This document shows, piece after piece, positions 32,223 through 47,673 of a stretch of 64,000 nt of DNA. The position numbers were made by a program, and so were the translations under genes. The stretch is taken from positions 32,821 to 96,820 of the forward strand of contig QBVL01000002.1 in NCBI GenBank assembly GCA_003284375.1, read 5' to 3'. How positions within the stretch are numbered: the first letter of the stretch is position 1; each line of letters opens with the position of its first letter. The stretch is from Prochlorococcus sp. AG-311-J23. GTDB lineage: Bacteria; Cyanobacteriota; Cyanobacteriia; PCC-6307; Cyanobiaceae. The notes beneath the pieces are model-generated. The model had not been told where the DNA came from. It saw only the letters and a list, made by a program, of their open reading frames with translations, and did not search any database.

Positions 32223-32806
32223 TATGTGTTATCTGCTATTCCGTATAGATTCTCTTCAATTAGTAAGGGGACAAGCTCTTTAGGTACAAGAACTTCTTGG
32301 GGTCTTTCTCTAAATTTTGAACTTGATGATTCAGGTATATTAAAAGGCAATAGATCAATCTTACCTCCAAGATTTTTAATATCTTCTAATTGATTATCGC
32401 TAATTGGCCATCCATCTCTCATTGCGATAGCTATTGTTGCTTTATTTAGAATAGACTTGGCATTAAGCCACTTTGGAACTTGAACAGCTAAATCACTGCC
32501 AATTACAAAACTAAAACTTGCCTCAGGCCAGAGTTGGAAAGCTTTTTTTAGAGTATGAATTGTCCTAGGGCTACTCAATTCTTGAACTAGCTCTAATTTA
32601 GGATGTGAGATTTTTTTTACCAGAATTCTTAAAAGCTGAGTCCTTTTCAAAAGTGGAATTTGATGCTTTTTATCAGGGTTGTCACTTGCCCAGGTTATAA
32701 CTTTTGGGAAGATTTTTATTAATTCACCCAATAAGGCCTCGTGACCTAGAGTGGGTGGATCAGCACTTGTCCCAAATAAAGCTATTGAATTAATTTTTAA
32801 TTTCAT
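32222..32806 (-). CDS. nadD: Nicotinate-nucleotide adenylyltransferase
   Basis: FGTSADPPTLGH, IGSDL, SSSKFR. Confidence 0.93.
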   Translation of the reverse strand: MKLKINSIALFGTSADPPTLGHEALLGELIKIFPKVITWASDNPDKKHQIPLLKRTQLLRILVKKISHPKLELVQELSSPRTIHTLKKAFQLWPEASFSFVIGSDLAVQVPKWLNAKSILNKATIAIAMRDGWPISDNQLEDIKNLGGKIDLLPFNIPESSSSKFRERPQEVLVPKELVPLLIEENLYGIADNT

Positions 32807-34125
32807 GGCAATAAATAATTTTTATTTTTTTCCGAACTTGATGCAAGAAATTTAAAGTCACCAAGCATTATTCTTAAGTCTGAGTTGTTTTTGAGAAGAT
32901 AATTCAACATTAATCGAGGCTTTCCATTCTCCCTACTTGTTCCCATTAGAAAGTTATAAGCTGCGAGACGACCTATAAGTTTAGTCGAATGAATAGCAAG
33001 AGCTGCTTGAGCTAAGGCTATAGGAGCAGTGGGAGCAAGGCTTAATCCTCCAGTAAGAGGTGCGGCAAGGATCAGTATATGCTTGAAAATATTTAAAGTA
33101 ATTTGTATGCCTATCTGTGCCCCCCCTAATAATGAATTTTGGAAACTAAGCTTTTTTACTAATTGTCTAGCGGTGGGACCACCTACTTCTAACCCATACA
33201 ATTTACTTAGTTGAATAATAAGAGAACTATCAAAAGCTAGACCGGTAATAAGGTCAATCATTAAGAAGGGATTAATTGCTACCCCTGAGGCTTTTAAAGT
33301 TGCATGTCTGCCGATTAAACATTGTGCTTCTTTTTTCTTTTTCAGTAGTCGATTCTCCTTAAGTAATTTGTAGAATTGGTCTGCAATTCTTAAAGTATTT
33401 ATACAAAGAAAAAATTCACCACTTTGATCGATAATATCTTTAAGTTCATTTTTGAAAATATCAACTTTAGGTGTTGTCTGTTCACTTCTAACGGTTCCGT
33501 CCTGTTTTATTTTTGCTTCCCTTGGAGATGACGATACTAGAGCAATCTTAACCTTTTGTTTGCAAAATGATAATTTTCTGTGAATACTTGAGAGTATTAG
33601 TTTTGTTTCTCTTGTATTCCATTGATCACAACGATTTAATACTATTAGTATGGGTTTGTTACTCCTTAATAGATCTTCAATGGAGTTCAAGTCGACTCTA
33701 TTTATATCACTATCAATTACATAAAGAATCAAATCTGAATCCAAGACATAATTAAAATTTATTTCTTCTTTATTAGAATTATTTATTTCATTGGTGCCTG
33801 GGGAGTCTATTAGCTCAACCTTATTTAATCCTTTAAAGCTCTTGTCCCATCTGTAATGCTTGCTGGTTTTTGTATTGCCGTTAATTATATCAGTTGGAAA
33901 TATATGCTTTTCAATTAATGCATTTAATAAGCTTGATTTGCCTACTCCTACTCGACCATGCACTGATATCTGTAGTTCTTTTTTTTCTAATTTATTTATT
34001 TGAAAATCAAGTTGATTTAAAGTGTCTTCGAATTTTGTTCTCTCGTAATTAGTGAGTTTTAGGTTTTCTTTCCATTGAGCAACTAAAAACTTGCATTTTG
34101 TAGTGATGTCTCTTTGGTTAATCAT
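32803..34125 (-). CDS. GTP-binding protein (Era-like) with DUF697 domain
   Basis: GRVGVGKSSLLN, DSPG, NRCD; hydrophobic C-terminal domain. Confidence 0.85.
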   Translation of the reverse strand: MINQRDITTKCKFLVAQWKENLKLTNYERTKFEDTLNQLDFQINKLEKKELQISVHGRVGVGKSSLLNALIEKHIFPTDIINGNTKTSKHYRWDKSFKGLNKVELIDSPGTNEINNSNKEEINFNYVLDSDLILYVIDSDINRVDLNSIEDLLRSNKPILIVLNRCDQWNTRETKLILSSIHRKLSFCKQKVKIALVSSSPREAKIKQDGTVRSEQTTPKVDIFKNELKDIIDQSGEFFLCINTLRIADQFYKLLKENRLLKKKKEAQCLIGRHATLKASGVAINPFLMIDLITGLAFDSSLIIQLSKLYGLEVGGPTARQLVKKLSFQNSLLGGAQIGIQITLNIFKHILILAAPLTGGLSLAPTAPIALAQAALAIHSTKLIGRLAAYNFLMGTSRENGKPRLMLNYLLKNNSDLRIMLGDFKFLASSSEKNKNYLLP

Positions 34126-35114
34126 TTATTCGATTTCCTCCACCAACCAGCTAAAACTGCTAAGACAGCTTCTGCTCCTATTAAACCAACAAATCCACCA
34201 AACTCATCTACCACAACTCTGACTCCATTTTTGTCTTCATTAAAACCAAGAAGTAGTCTATCTACTCGAATCATTTCAGGTACAAACTCTACATTCTCGC
34301 TTAGATCATAAGGAGTTAAATGAGAGTCTCCTTGAAGTAAAGAGGCTAATAACTTTTCACGGTTAGCAACTCCAACAACCTTGTCTACTTCTTCTCCTAA
34401 TACTACCCACCATGTTGCATTATTTTCTAACAAGTTTGCTTTAACAGATTGCAAAGAAACTCTTCCTGGAAGTGTTGGAGCGGCAACTCGTGGAGTCATC
34501 AAATCTTTAGCAGTAAGATCATTCAGCTGGAAAACTTTGGATATCATTGCAGCCTCATCAGCTTCTATTTGACCTATTTGAGATCCAAGTCTGGCCATCT
34601 GTCTTATTTCTTCTTCGTCTGTTGTTAGTTCGCTCTTTGCAGTGATAATTGGTAGTAGACGTTCAAGAACAATTAGCAATGGACGCATAACTACACTTAA
34701 GAAATCAAGAACAGGAGCGCTTGTTAAGCTGATTTGTAATGCAAGTCTTGTGCCGAGAGCTTTGGGAACAATTTCTCCAAGAAGTAAAACAAGAATTGTT
34801 AGGCCAACAAAAAATATGGGCTTTACATTTCCGATTCGATCTTGAAATATGTAAGTTGCGTAGCTACCCACCATCAAACTTCCAAAGATATTGAAACTGT
34901 TATTTGCAATTGTTACTACAGTTAAAGTCCTTCCAATTCTGTGGCGTAATTTTTCTAATCTTCTAGCTCCAAGTACTTTGGGCTTTCTCCTTGCGAGCTC
35001 ATGCACGCGTAATGGGTTGACTGCTAACAATGCTGCTTCTATCCCTGAGCACATCGCAGAACCCATTAAAATAACAGCAACAAGAGCAGTTAAAAGCAGA
35101 ATATCTTGGCTCAT
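34122..35114 (-). CDS. CNNM (DUF21)/CBS domain membrane protein
   Basis: SGIEAAL, GEIVPK, DLMTPR, VVDEFGG. Confidence 0.9.
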   Translation of the reverse strand: MSQDILLLTALVAVILMGSAMCSGIEAALLAVNPLRVHELARRKPKVLGARRLEKLRHRIGRTLTVVTIANNSFNIFGSLMVGSYATYIFQDRIGNVKPIFFVGLTILVLLLGEIVPKALGTRLALQISLTSAPVLDFLSVVMRPLLIVLERLLPIITAKSELTTDEEEIRQMARLGSQIGQIEADEAAMISKVFQLNDLTAKDLMTPRVAAPTLPGRVSLQSVKANLLENNATWWVVLGEEVDKVVGVANREKLLASLLQGDSHLTPYDLSENVEFVPEMIRVDRLLLGFNEDKNGVRVVVDEFGGFVGLIGAEAVLAVLAGWWRKSNK

Positions 35115-35178
35115 CCTCTAAAGATTTTTTTAAAGAGTAAGGATCTTTTGCTTTTATTTTTCCACTAAGTTAGTTCTC

Positions 35179-36531
35179 TTGCCATCCTTAAGTGTAAATA
35201 GCAGTATTTTTGTGGCTGATTTAAGTATTTTTCATCGCCGTAGAGACTTATTTTTGTCACGTTTAGGTTCTTATGCGGCTATTGTTCCAGCCTCAGAGTT
35301 GGTTACTCATCATGCAGATTGCGAGTATCCTTTTAGACAAAATAGTGACTTTTGGTATTTAACAGGTTTTGACGAGCCAAATGCAGTCGCTTTGTTTTTG
35401 CCTCATAAGCCTAAAGGAGAACAATATGTACTATTCGTCTTACCTAAAGAGTCTGCGGCAGAGGTTTGGACAGGCTTTAGATGGGGAATAAAAGGAGTTT
35501 TAGATAATTTTGATGTTGATATAGCCCACTCTTTGAATGAATTGCCAAGCCTTTTAGCACATTATTTAGAGGGGGCAGAGGGAATTGCTTTTCGAATTGG
35601 CAAGCATCCGCATATTGAGCCTTTGGTTTTAAAAACTTGGTCGGAACATTTACAAAAACTTCCAAGAAGTGGCTTGGCCCCATTATCCATGATTGCTCCT
35701 TGTCCAATACTTCACGATATGCGACTTCGTAAGGACGATTTTGAAATAGAAAGGATGCGTATTGCAGCAAAAATTTCTGCAGAGGCTCATGAATTAGTTA
35801 GAGAATTTGCTCGTCCAGGAATGAATGAGAGAGATTTACAGGCTCAGATAGAAAAATATTTTCTTGAGAAAGGGACTCGAGGACCTGCTTATGGCTCAAT
35901 AGTTGCATCAGGTGATAATGCATGCGTGCTTCATTACATGCAAAATAATTCACCCATTGAGAATGGAGACCTTGTTTTGATAGATGCAGGTTGCTCTTTA
36001 GATGACTATTACAATGGCGACATAACAAGAACCTTCCCAGTCAACGGAAGGTTTTCTGGAGAGCAAAAAGCTTTATATGAAATCGTTCTCGTCTCTCAAA
36101 AAGCTGCAATTGAGTGTGTTCGTCCAGGTAATAATGCTGAGAACGTACATATGACTGCCTTGAAACATATAGTTGGGGGTTTGGTTGATATTGGCTTACT
36201 CGTTGGCGAGGTAGATTCTATTATTGAACAACAAGCTTACTCGCATTTGTACATGCATCGAACAGGGCATTGGTTAGGTCTTGATGTCCATGATGTAGGT
36301 GCTTATAGACTTGGTGACTATCATTTAAATCTTGAACCTGGAATGGTATTAACCGTTGAACCTGGTATTTACATTAGTGATCGGTTAGAGGTTCCTAAGG
36401 GACAGCCTGAGATAGACCAAAGATGGAAAGGTATCGGTATTCGTATAGAGGATGATGTTTTAGTTACACAAGATTCCGTAGAAGTATTGAGCTGCAAAGC
36501 AGCTAAGAACTTGATAGATATGGAATATTAG
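35179..36531 (+). CDS. pepP: Xaa-Pro aminopeptidase P
   Basis: FRQNSDFWYLTG, DITRTFP, GHWLGLDVHD, TVEPG, IRIEDD; true start may be GTG 35212. Confidence 0.95.
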   Translation: MPSLSVNSSIFVADLSIFHRRRDLFLSRLGSYAAIVPASELVTHHADCEYPFRQNSDFWYLTGFDEPNAVALFLPHKPKGEQYVLFVLPKESAAEVWTGFRWGIKGVLDNFDVDIAHSLNELPSLLAHYLEGAEGIAFRIGKHPHIEPLVLKTWSEHLQKLPRSGLAPLSMIAPCPILHDMRLRKDDFEIERMRIAAKISAEAHELVREFARPGMNERDLQAQIEKYFLEKGTRGPAYGSIVASGDNACVLHYMQNNSPIENGDLVLIDAGCSLDDYYNGDITRTFPVNGRFSGEQKALYEIVLVSQKAAIECVRPGNNAENVHMTALKHIVGGLVDIGLLVGEVDSIIEQQAYSHLYMHRTGHWLGLDVHDVGAYRLGDYHLNLEPGMVLTVEPGIYISDRLEVPKGQPEIDQRWKGIGIRIEDDVLVTQDSVEVLSCKAAKNLIDMEY

Positions 36532-36738
36532 TTGAAATTCTTTTAGTGATTTTCCAAGAAAATAATCTGATTAGTTAAAAAAGTTCATTTTTTTGAATTA
36601 ATCCATCCATCCATCTATATATTTTGCTTCTTTAATAAATCCATCATTACCGAATAGTAGAAAACTTTTTGGATTCCCACCTGACTAATTCAAATAGGTC
36701 CTAGTTCCTGTTAAGTTAGAACTTTGTTAGTTAGTTGA

Positions 36739-37246
<508 letters not shown>

Positions 37247-37248
<2 letters not shown>

Positions 37249-37286
37249 AAAAACCTTGAACAAAATTTTTGTTCAAGGGGAAAAAA
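37247..37286 (-). terminator. Rho-independent terminator between convergent ycf65 and atpC
   Basis: CCTTGAACAAA/TTTGTTCAAGG stem with an A-run on the left (U-tract on the minus strand). Confidence 0.7.
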
Positions 37287-37298
37287 TTCTTACAAATC

Positions 37299-37706
37299 TT
37301 AGTCTGATTTTGATGCTTGAAACCAAGCTTTTGCTTTATTCAATGTTTCTTGTGCTTTTATTTTTTCAGGAGAATTCCCCTCATCCTTGTTTTGGCTTAG
37401 TTGATTTTTAGCTTTTTCTAATTCAGCTTCAGCTTTGCCAGAGTCAATATTTTTCCCCATTTCAGCTTTATTCACTAAAACGGTAACTTCGTTAGATTCG
37501 ACTTCTGCAAAACCTCCAGTTAGGGCAATTGAGTCCCAATTACCATTTTTTAAAACTCTCAATACACCAAAATCAATTGCAGTAACCATTGAAATGTGAC
37601 CAGGTAATACTCCCAAAAGCCCTGTAGTGCTTGGAAGTATTATTTCATCAGCAGTATCGTCAAATACGCTCTGATCAGGAGCAAGAACTCGTAGGGTTAG
37701 AGTCAT
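37299..37706 (-). CDS. atpC: ATP synthase F1 subunit epsilon (cyanobacterial atpE)
   Basis: LPSTTGLLGVLPGH, GGFAEV. Confidence 0.97.
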   Translation of the reverse strand: MTLTLRVLAPDQSVFDDTADEIILPSTTGLLGVLPGHISMVTAIDFGVLRVLKNGNWDSIALTGGFAEVESNEVTVLVNKAEMGKNIDSGKAEAELEKAKNQLSQNKDEGNSPEKIKAQETLNKAKAWFQASKSD

Positions 37707-37761
37707 TTCTTGAGGAATTTAAAAAACGTTGAGTTGAGGTAATTAATCAAAACAAATTAAC

Positions 37762-39273
<1,512 letters not shown>

Positions 39274-39318
39274 CTATCAGCGGCTAAGACTACCACTCCA
39301 CAGGCATTTTTTTTTAGT

Positions 39319-39334
39319 GTTCGGTCAACCGCAC
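39319..39334 (+). promoter_or_regulatory. K-box upstream of groESL
   Basis: GTTCGG-TCAA-CCGCAC matches the cyanobacterial K-box consensus GTTCGG-NNAN-CCNNAC exactly, 120 bp before groES. Confidence 0.8.
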
Positions 39335-39453
39335 AGAATAAATGTGGTCTAGAGCGTACTTCCAGGCATAAATTGAAACGGTTGGTAATGAGTAATACTC
39401 TTTATCGAGTTTGCGCTAAGCGCTTTTTGTTTTTTTTGCTCCTGCATTGATTT

Positions 39454-39765
39454 ATGGCAGCTGTATCCCTCAGCGTCTCCACTGTTAAGCCACTTGGAGA
39501 TCGTGTATTTGTAAAAGTTTCTGAATCAGAAGAGAAGACAGCGGGAGGAATATTGCTTCCCGACACTGCAAAAGAGAAACCCCAAGTTGGTGAAGTTGCT
39601 CAGGTTGGACCTGGCAAACGCAACGAAGACGGTTCTCGTCAATCTCCTGAAATAAGCGTTGGAGACAAAGTTCTCTACAGTAAGTACGCAGGTACTGATA
39701 TCAAACTTGGCAGTGATGAATATGTTCTTTTATCTGAGAAAGACATCTTGGCTGTCGTCAATTAA
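39454..39765 (+). CDS. groES: Co-chaperonin GroES
   Basis: [22 protein letters not shown]. Confidence 0.99.
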   Translation: MAAVSLSVSTVKPLGDRVFVKVSESEEKTAGGILLPDTAKEKPQVGEVAQVGPGKRNEDGSRQSPEISVGDKVLYSKYAGTDIKLGSDEYVLLSEKDILAVVN

Positions 39766-39815
39766 GACTCAGCCTTTTAGCTGCAGTCCAAACCCAAAAA
39801 ACTTTTCGAAATTAA

Positions 39816-41462
<1,647 letters not shown>

Positions 41463-41482
41463 ATAATCATTCTCCCTCAATT

Positions 41483-41527
41483 AAATAAAAAAAGAGAGAT
41501 TGTTTTATCAGTCTCTCTTTTTTATTT
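41483..41527. terminator. Bidirectional rho-independent terminator after groEL
   Basis: AAAAAAAGAGAGATTG-ttttat-CAGTCTCTCTTTTTT. Confidence 0.85.
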
Positions 41528-41638
41528 GAAAATTTAAATATATATTCAAAGTTTTAAATAATTAATTTAGTTCTTTTAAATTTAGCTCAATAATAATATT
41601 TATATAAGGTTGAGAAATAAAAAAATATAACTATAAAA

Positions 41639-41869
41639 TTACTTTAACCATCCTGCGCTAAGAATAACAGCAAGAGATAAAAATAAGATAAGACATGCCC
41701 AAGTTGCTCTGTTTAAGGTCGATTCCGCACTGCTTGCACTAGTGAACATTGAACTCCCACTAGAGGCTAGGCCACCCATCCCATCACCTTTTGGGCTATG
41801 AAGAAGAACTAATAGTATTAGAAAAACTCCTGAAACTGCCCATGCCCAAGATAAAAAAGGAATGATCAT
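41639..41869 (-). CDS. secG: Preprotein translocase subunit SecG
   Basis: LLHSPKGDGMGG, ESTLNRATW; two TM helices. Confidence 0.95.
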   Translation of the reverse strand: MIIPFLSWAWAVSGVFLILLVLLHSPKGDGMGGLASSGSSMFTSASSAESTLNRATWACLILFLSLAVILSAGWLK

Positions 41870-41878
41870 AGTTTTATT

Positions 41879-43507
<1,629 letters not shown>

Positions 43508-43668
43508 TCAAAGAAATTTGTTTCTTTTGTTGGTTTTCTTTCGTCTTAAATTACTTCCTAATTGGCAAAGAGGCTAATACTTTGATGTTTGGTTAGCTTT
43601 TCCCTATTAGATTAAAAAAGTATTTCAGCTATTCCTAAGAAAAAATAAAATTTTTAGGACTTTAAAAA

Positions 43669-44216
43669 ATGTTAGATGAAGAAATAAAAGAAGAGATAGA
43701 AATCCTCTCAAAAAAAGAACTTGATAGAACCATAAAAAGATTGGCTTCTCAAATCTTGGAAAAGATTCCAAATATGACTTCTTTACTGCTTATTGGAATA
43801 CCAACAAAAGGGGGTTTATTTGTCTAAATTACTAGCAAAATATTAGGAGGAACTATCCGGTCAGCCAATTGAGAATGGTTGTTTAGATCCTACTTTTCAT
43901 AGAGATGATCTTGCGAGGGTAGGTACTCGCATTACCCAAGTGACTGATTTACCCTCATTAGTAGATGATAAAGGTAGTTTTAGTTGATGATGTTATCTAC
44001 ACAGGAAGAACGATAAAGGCTGCATTAGAAGCCCTACATTCATAGGGCAGGGCAGAAAGAGTTACGCTTGTTGCAATGTTAGATAGGGGCTACCGAGAAA
44101 TTCCAATTCAACCAGATTTTTGTGGGCGCATAGTACCAACAAGTAATGATGAGACTGTTGATCTTAGATTGAGAAAAGTTGATGGTGAAGAGGGTATATT
44201 TTTATGTAAAAACTAA
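43669..44216 (+). pseudogene. pyrR: pyrR (pyrimidine operon regulator / uracil phosphoribosyltransferase) pseudogene
   Basis: Reconstructed MLDEEIKEEIEILSKKELDRTIKRLASQILE...IGIPTKG/VYLSKLLAKY*EELSG...LDPTFHRDDL...DK/VVLVDDVIYTGRTIKAALEALHS*GRAERV...DRGYREIPIQPDFCG; 2 frameshifts and 2 in-frame TAG stops. Confidence 0.92.
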
Positions 44217-44244
44217 AATAATTAATATTAAAAACATTAAACAT

Positions 44245-45870
44245 TTATCTTATCTCTCCAAGATTTTGACTTGTTATATCTTTGTTATTACGTAAATCGA
44301 TACCCTCAACCTCAAGTTGACAATGATCATTAATATTAAAAATTAATTTAATACAATCTTGACCAATTTCACCAGGAGGATCTAGAGGGATTGAAAAAAT
44401 ATTATTATTTATCTTCTTGATTTTTTCCTTGGATTTTATTGTTGCTAAAGTGGGTAATCCATTAATATAAACAATCTCATTTGAGCCTTCTTCCTGAGGT
44501 TCTCCAATTATCAAATGTATGCTTAATTGATTATTTAAACTTGCAGCTAAAATTAGTTCTAAAGGCTTATTTGTTGGCCATGTTTGACCTGCTAGAAAAA
44601 GAGGATGCCATATGTGCTTTTCATTTTTTTTATTCCAACATCTCAAACTTACTCCTTTGTTAAGGACATCTTTTATTTGAACACCTGGAGTGAGGTTTAA
44701 TGCTCCCAATGCAATTGCTTCAATAGGTGGTGGAGTCAGAAAAGGGATGGAATTGAAGATATTGCTTAAATAATTTTTAATTAAAGGTATGCGAGATCCT
44801 CCTCCAACTAAGACAACACTATCAAGATCTTTTAATTCAAATGAATTTCGTTTTGCGATATTAATTGTTTGTGTAAAAAGCTTTTCAATACTTTCTAGGA
44901 GGCCTTTTTTTATAAGTAATTCTTCAAGTCCTTTTTTAGATAGTTTTAAAAACTTTTCTTCATTCTGATTATTTCTTACTTTTTTAGTGATAACCAATGT
45001 CTCTTTTATATTAGTATCACTTAATTCACATTTGAGCTCCTCGACCTTTCGCAAGATTAAATTGTTTGGATTTTCTTCTGGTAATAAATGATTAGATATC
45101 CATCTGTCTATATCTTTTCCTCCTAACCGAAGCCCTGATTTACCTAGAACTTTTGCTGTACGAAGAACTTGTGTACTTTTTCCCTCTAAATTAGTGCCAT
45201 CAAACCTAACAAGCTGAGCAATTGGTGAAGCTTTTCCCTCTCCTCCCTCTAAAGCAACAATTGACATGTCAATTGTGCTGCCTCCAAAATCTAAAACAAG
45301 TAATGTTGACCCAGGCTCAAGTCCAGCTCCCATTGCAGCAGCAGTAGGTTCATCAACCAAAGCAATTTCTTTTACTTCTAGGGAATTGCATACATTGACT
45401 AACCAAGTTCTATATTCTCGATAAGTATCTACTGGAGCAGTTAATACTAATCTTTTGATGTTTACCTTCTGTGAGACTTCCTTCCATATATTGTGAATTA
45501 AAATTTCTCCTGCTTTTTCTGGTGTGATTTTTGAAATATATATAGGTTCAATTTCCGTGGATCCTATCCATCTTTTAAAATCTTGACTTAAGTTATTTTC
45601 TTTTTCATTAATGAGATTTAAATCTATAATCTGTTGACCAATTAAATAGGTTTCTTCTTTTTCTGATGACTTCCAAATTAAGCTTGGTATCTCTCCAGGA
45701 GATCGACTAATTGGAGGTAGATTTAGAAGCTCAGGATGTTCCCCATTTTCTTTTTGGAAAACAACGACTGTTGTTGAGCTTCCTAAATCTATGGCTAATG
45801 TTCCAAAACTATTGTTGTTGATTTCAGGAGGAAGGATGTTTTCGAATTGATCAATTTTATTTTTTCCCAT
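44245..45870 (-). CDS. Hsp70/DnaK-like ATPase (atypical)
   Basis: LAIDLGSSTT, DEPTAAA, LDFGGSTIDMS, VLVGGGSRIP; 541 aa, no canonical lid. Confidence 0.88.
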   Translation of the reverse strand: MGKNKIDQFENILPPEINNNSFGTLAIDLGSSTTVVVFQKENGEHPELLNLPPISRSPGEIPSLIWKSSEKEETYLIGQQIIDLNLINEKENNLSQDFKRWIGSTEIEPIYISKITPEKAGEILIHNIWKEVSQKVNIKRLVLTAPVDTYREYRTWLVNVCNSLEVKEIALVDEPTAAAMGAGLEPGSTLLVLDFGGSTIDMSIVALEGGEGKASPIAQLVRFDGTNLEGKSTQVLRTAKVLGKSGLRLGGKDIDRWISNHLLPEENPNNLILRKVEELKCELSDTNIKETLVITKKVRNNQNEEKFLKLSKKGLEELLIKKGLLESIEKLFTQTINIAKRNSFELKDLDSVVLVGGGSRIPLIKNYLSNIFNSIPFLTPPPIEAIALGALNLTPGVQIKDVLNKGVSLRCWNKKNEKHIWHPLFLAGQTWPTNKPLELILAASLNNQLSIHLIIGEPQEEGSNEIVYINGLPTLATIKSKEKIKKINNNIFSIPLDPPGEIGQDCIKLIFNINDHCQLEVEGIDLRNNKDITSQNLGEIR

Positions 45871-46015
45871 CTTTCTTAGTGAATTTTAATTGGTGCAAAA
45901 AGACTCAATCAGTAAAAAGTTAGTCTAGAAAAACTAACATCATCCTTATTATTTTGCGAAAAATATAGAAATGCACGATTCTCTCATAGAATAAAATAAC
46001 ATTAAAGTTTTAAGT

Positions 46016-46249
46016 GTGATTAAGTCAGGTTCAGGATTAAATTCCAACGATTTAGCAAAAAGAGGAGAGAGCCTCATTAGACACTCCCCTAATCGCTACC
46101 TCACCACTGTGAGGATTGCGTTTAGAGCAAAGCAAAGGAGATTTGACGATTTTGATGGACTCTTAGAAGAATCCACAGTCAAGCCAGTACAAAGAGCCAT
46201 AATTGAACTAAGTGATGAACAAGATCAACCTGATTTATTACCTGGTTAG
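46016..46249 (+). CDS. rpoZ: DNA-directed RNA polymerase subunit omega (Ycf61)
   Basis: [30 protein letters not shown]. Confidence 0.9.
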   Translation: MIKSGSGLNSNDLAKRGESLIRHSPNRYLTTVRIAFRAKQRRFDDFDGLLEESTVKPVQRAIIELSDEQDQPDLLPG

Positions 46250-46630
46250 GTGATCAAAAAAGAAGGTCCGGGTTGGAGAATAATTTTTGATTCATCAAGA
46301 GATAACTTTTCTACCCTTATAGGAGGAGAGGATTGGGCAATAGAGTTGAATAAATCTGAGTGGGAGACTTTAATTGTGGTAGTAATAGAGTTGTGTGATC
46401 AATACAAATTAGTTAAGGGACAATTAATGGGTGATGAGGATATAACTTTGGAATTAGAACGTAGGCCTTGGTTAGCAATTTTGAAAGGTGATCAATATGG
46501 ATGGAATCTAAGATTAATCTTGAGTGCTAGTGGTCTCTTTAATCGAGGAGCAGAGGTCTATTGGCCTAGAAATGTGACTAACCATGTTGCGAATGCAATG
46601 AGAACAATGTGGGATTCCGACTATTTGTGA
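46250..46630 (+). CDS. DUF1818 family protein
   Basis: EGPGWR, LIGGEDWAIEL, LMGDEDITLELE. Confidence 0.85.
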   Translation: MIKKEGPGWRIIFDSSRDNFSTLIGGEDWAIELNKSEWETLIVVVIELCDQYKLVKGQLMGDEDITLELERRPWLAILKGDQYGWNLRLILSASGLFNRGAEVYWPRNVTNHVANAMRTMWDSDYL

Positions 46631-46657
46631 GAGAACTTAACTAAAAGTTTTTCAATT

Positions 46658-46744
46658 TTTTCCCCAAGGCTAATTGGAGTCAACTCACATCTTTTCCACA
46701 GGATTTATCCTCTTGATTGAGTTTTCACTATCTACTGTGGAAAA
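46658..46744. promoter_or_regulatory. Cluster of DnaA-box-like sites
   Basis: TTTTCCACA at 46692-46700, its reverse complement TGTGGAAAA at 46736-46744, TTTTCCCCA at 46658-46666; TTTTCCACA is the cyanobacterial DnaA box. Confidence 0.6.
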
Positions 46745-46934
46745 AACTGAGTTTGATAATTTAAATTTGCTTATTAAATAAGTCTAATGCCAATAATAAT
46801 TAATTCTTATAACTTCTTCTGAAAAGCAGTCGAGTACTTGATCTGATAATGAGACTGCCCAAGAAAGTGTTTTTAATAGATCTGATTTTGATAGTAGTTT
46901 GGCCATGGAATAAACATTTTCTAAGAGCTTTTAA

Positions 46935-47198
46935 ATGAAAAATATTGATTTTAGAGAAGAAAAAAGTTTGATCCAAAGTTCGGAAGTTTTGGAATCTGAG
47001 GAAACAATTAGTTTTCAAACAGAAATACCCAAGCAAATTCAACAAGCGATGAAGGTTTACATTGAGAAACATCCTAATTGGAATCAATACAGGCTTTTAC
47101 AAGCTGCTCTTGCAGGCTTTTTAATTCAAAATGGCATCAGTTCCAGATTGATAACACGTTTTTATATTGCCAATATGTTTGGATCTCATTCTTTTTGA
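46935..47198 (+). CDS. DUF2811 family protein
   Basis: SFQTEIP, HPNWNQYRLLQAALAGFLIQNG. Confidence 0.87.
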   Translation: MKNIDFREEKSLIQSSEVLESEETISFQTEIPKQIQQAMKVYIEKHPNWNQYRLLQAALAGFLIQNGISSRLITRFYIANMFGSHSF

Positions 47199-47199
47199 A

Positions 47200-47673
47200 T
47201 TAATTTTTCTTCAGCTTTATGAGAAGCTCCAAAGCGATATCTTTATTAATTGGCATAATTGATAACCTGTTTCCTTTTCGAACTAGAGTGAGTTCTTCAG
47301 ACGTATAAGTTTCAGATAGCTCCTTTAAAGTAATCATATTTTTAAATTCACAGATATACTTAGTCTTCACGCAATCCCAACGAGGTTTATCTTTTTTTGA
47401 TTTTTTGTCAAAATACTTTGAACTTTCATCAAACTGAAATGGATCGATTAAGTTTTTTTTAATAATTTCCATCAGACCAACTATTCCTGGTGGTTTAGTA
47501 TTTGAGTGATAAAAAAACGCTTGATCACCAATTTCCATTGATCTCATAAAGTTTCTAGCCTGATAATTTCGAATCCCATCCCAGAGAGTTTCTTCTTCTT
47601 TTTCTAAATCTTTAATACTGTAAGCATCTGGCTCACTCTTCATTAGCCAGTAATTAATATCTTGTGGTGCCAT
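47200..47673 (-). CDS. EVE domain protein (PUA-like, THYN1 family)
   Basis: YWLMKSEP, WDGIRNYQARN, FFYHS, RLSIMP. Confidence 0.95.
   Translation of the reverse strand: MAPQDINYWLMKSEPDAYSIKDLEKEEETLWDGIRNYQARNFMRSMEIGDQAFFYHSNTKPPGIVGLMEIIKKNLIDPFQFDESSKYFDKKSKKDKPRWDCVKTKYICEFKNMITLKELSETYTSEELTLVRKGNRLSIMPINKDIALELLIKLKKN

Noticed and set aside
36601-36616. (ATCC)3 + ATCT repeat upstream of ycf65
   Set aside because: Too short to distinguish from chance
46800-47087. 95-aa minus-strand ORF
   Set aside because: Antisense to the DUF2811 gene; low-complexity K/F/L composition
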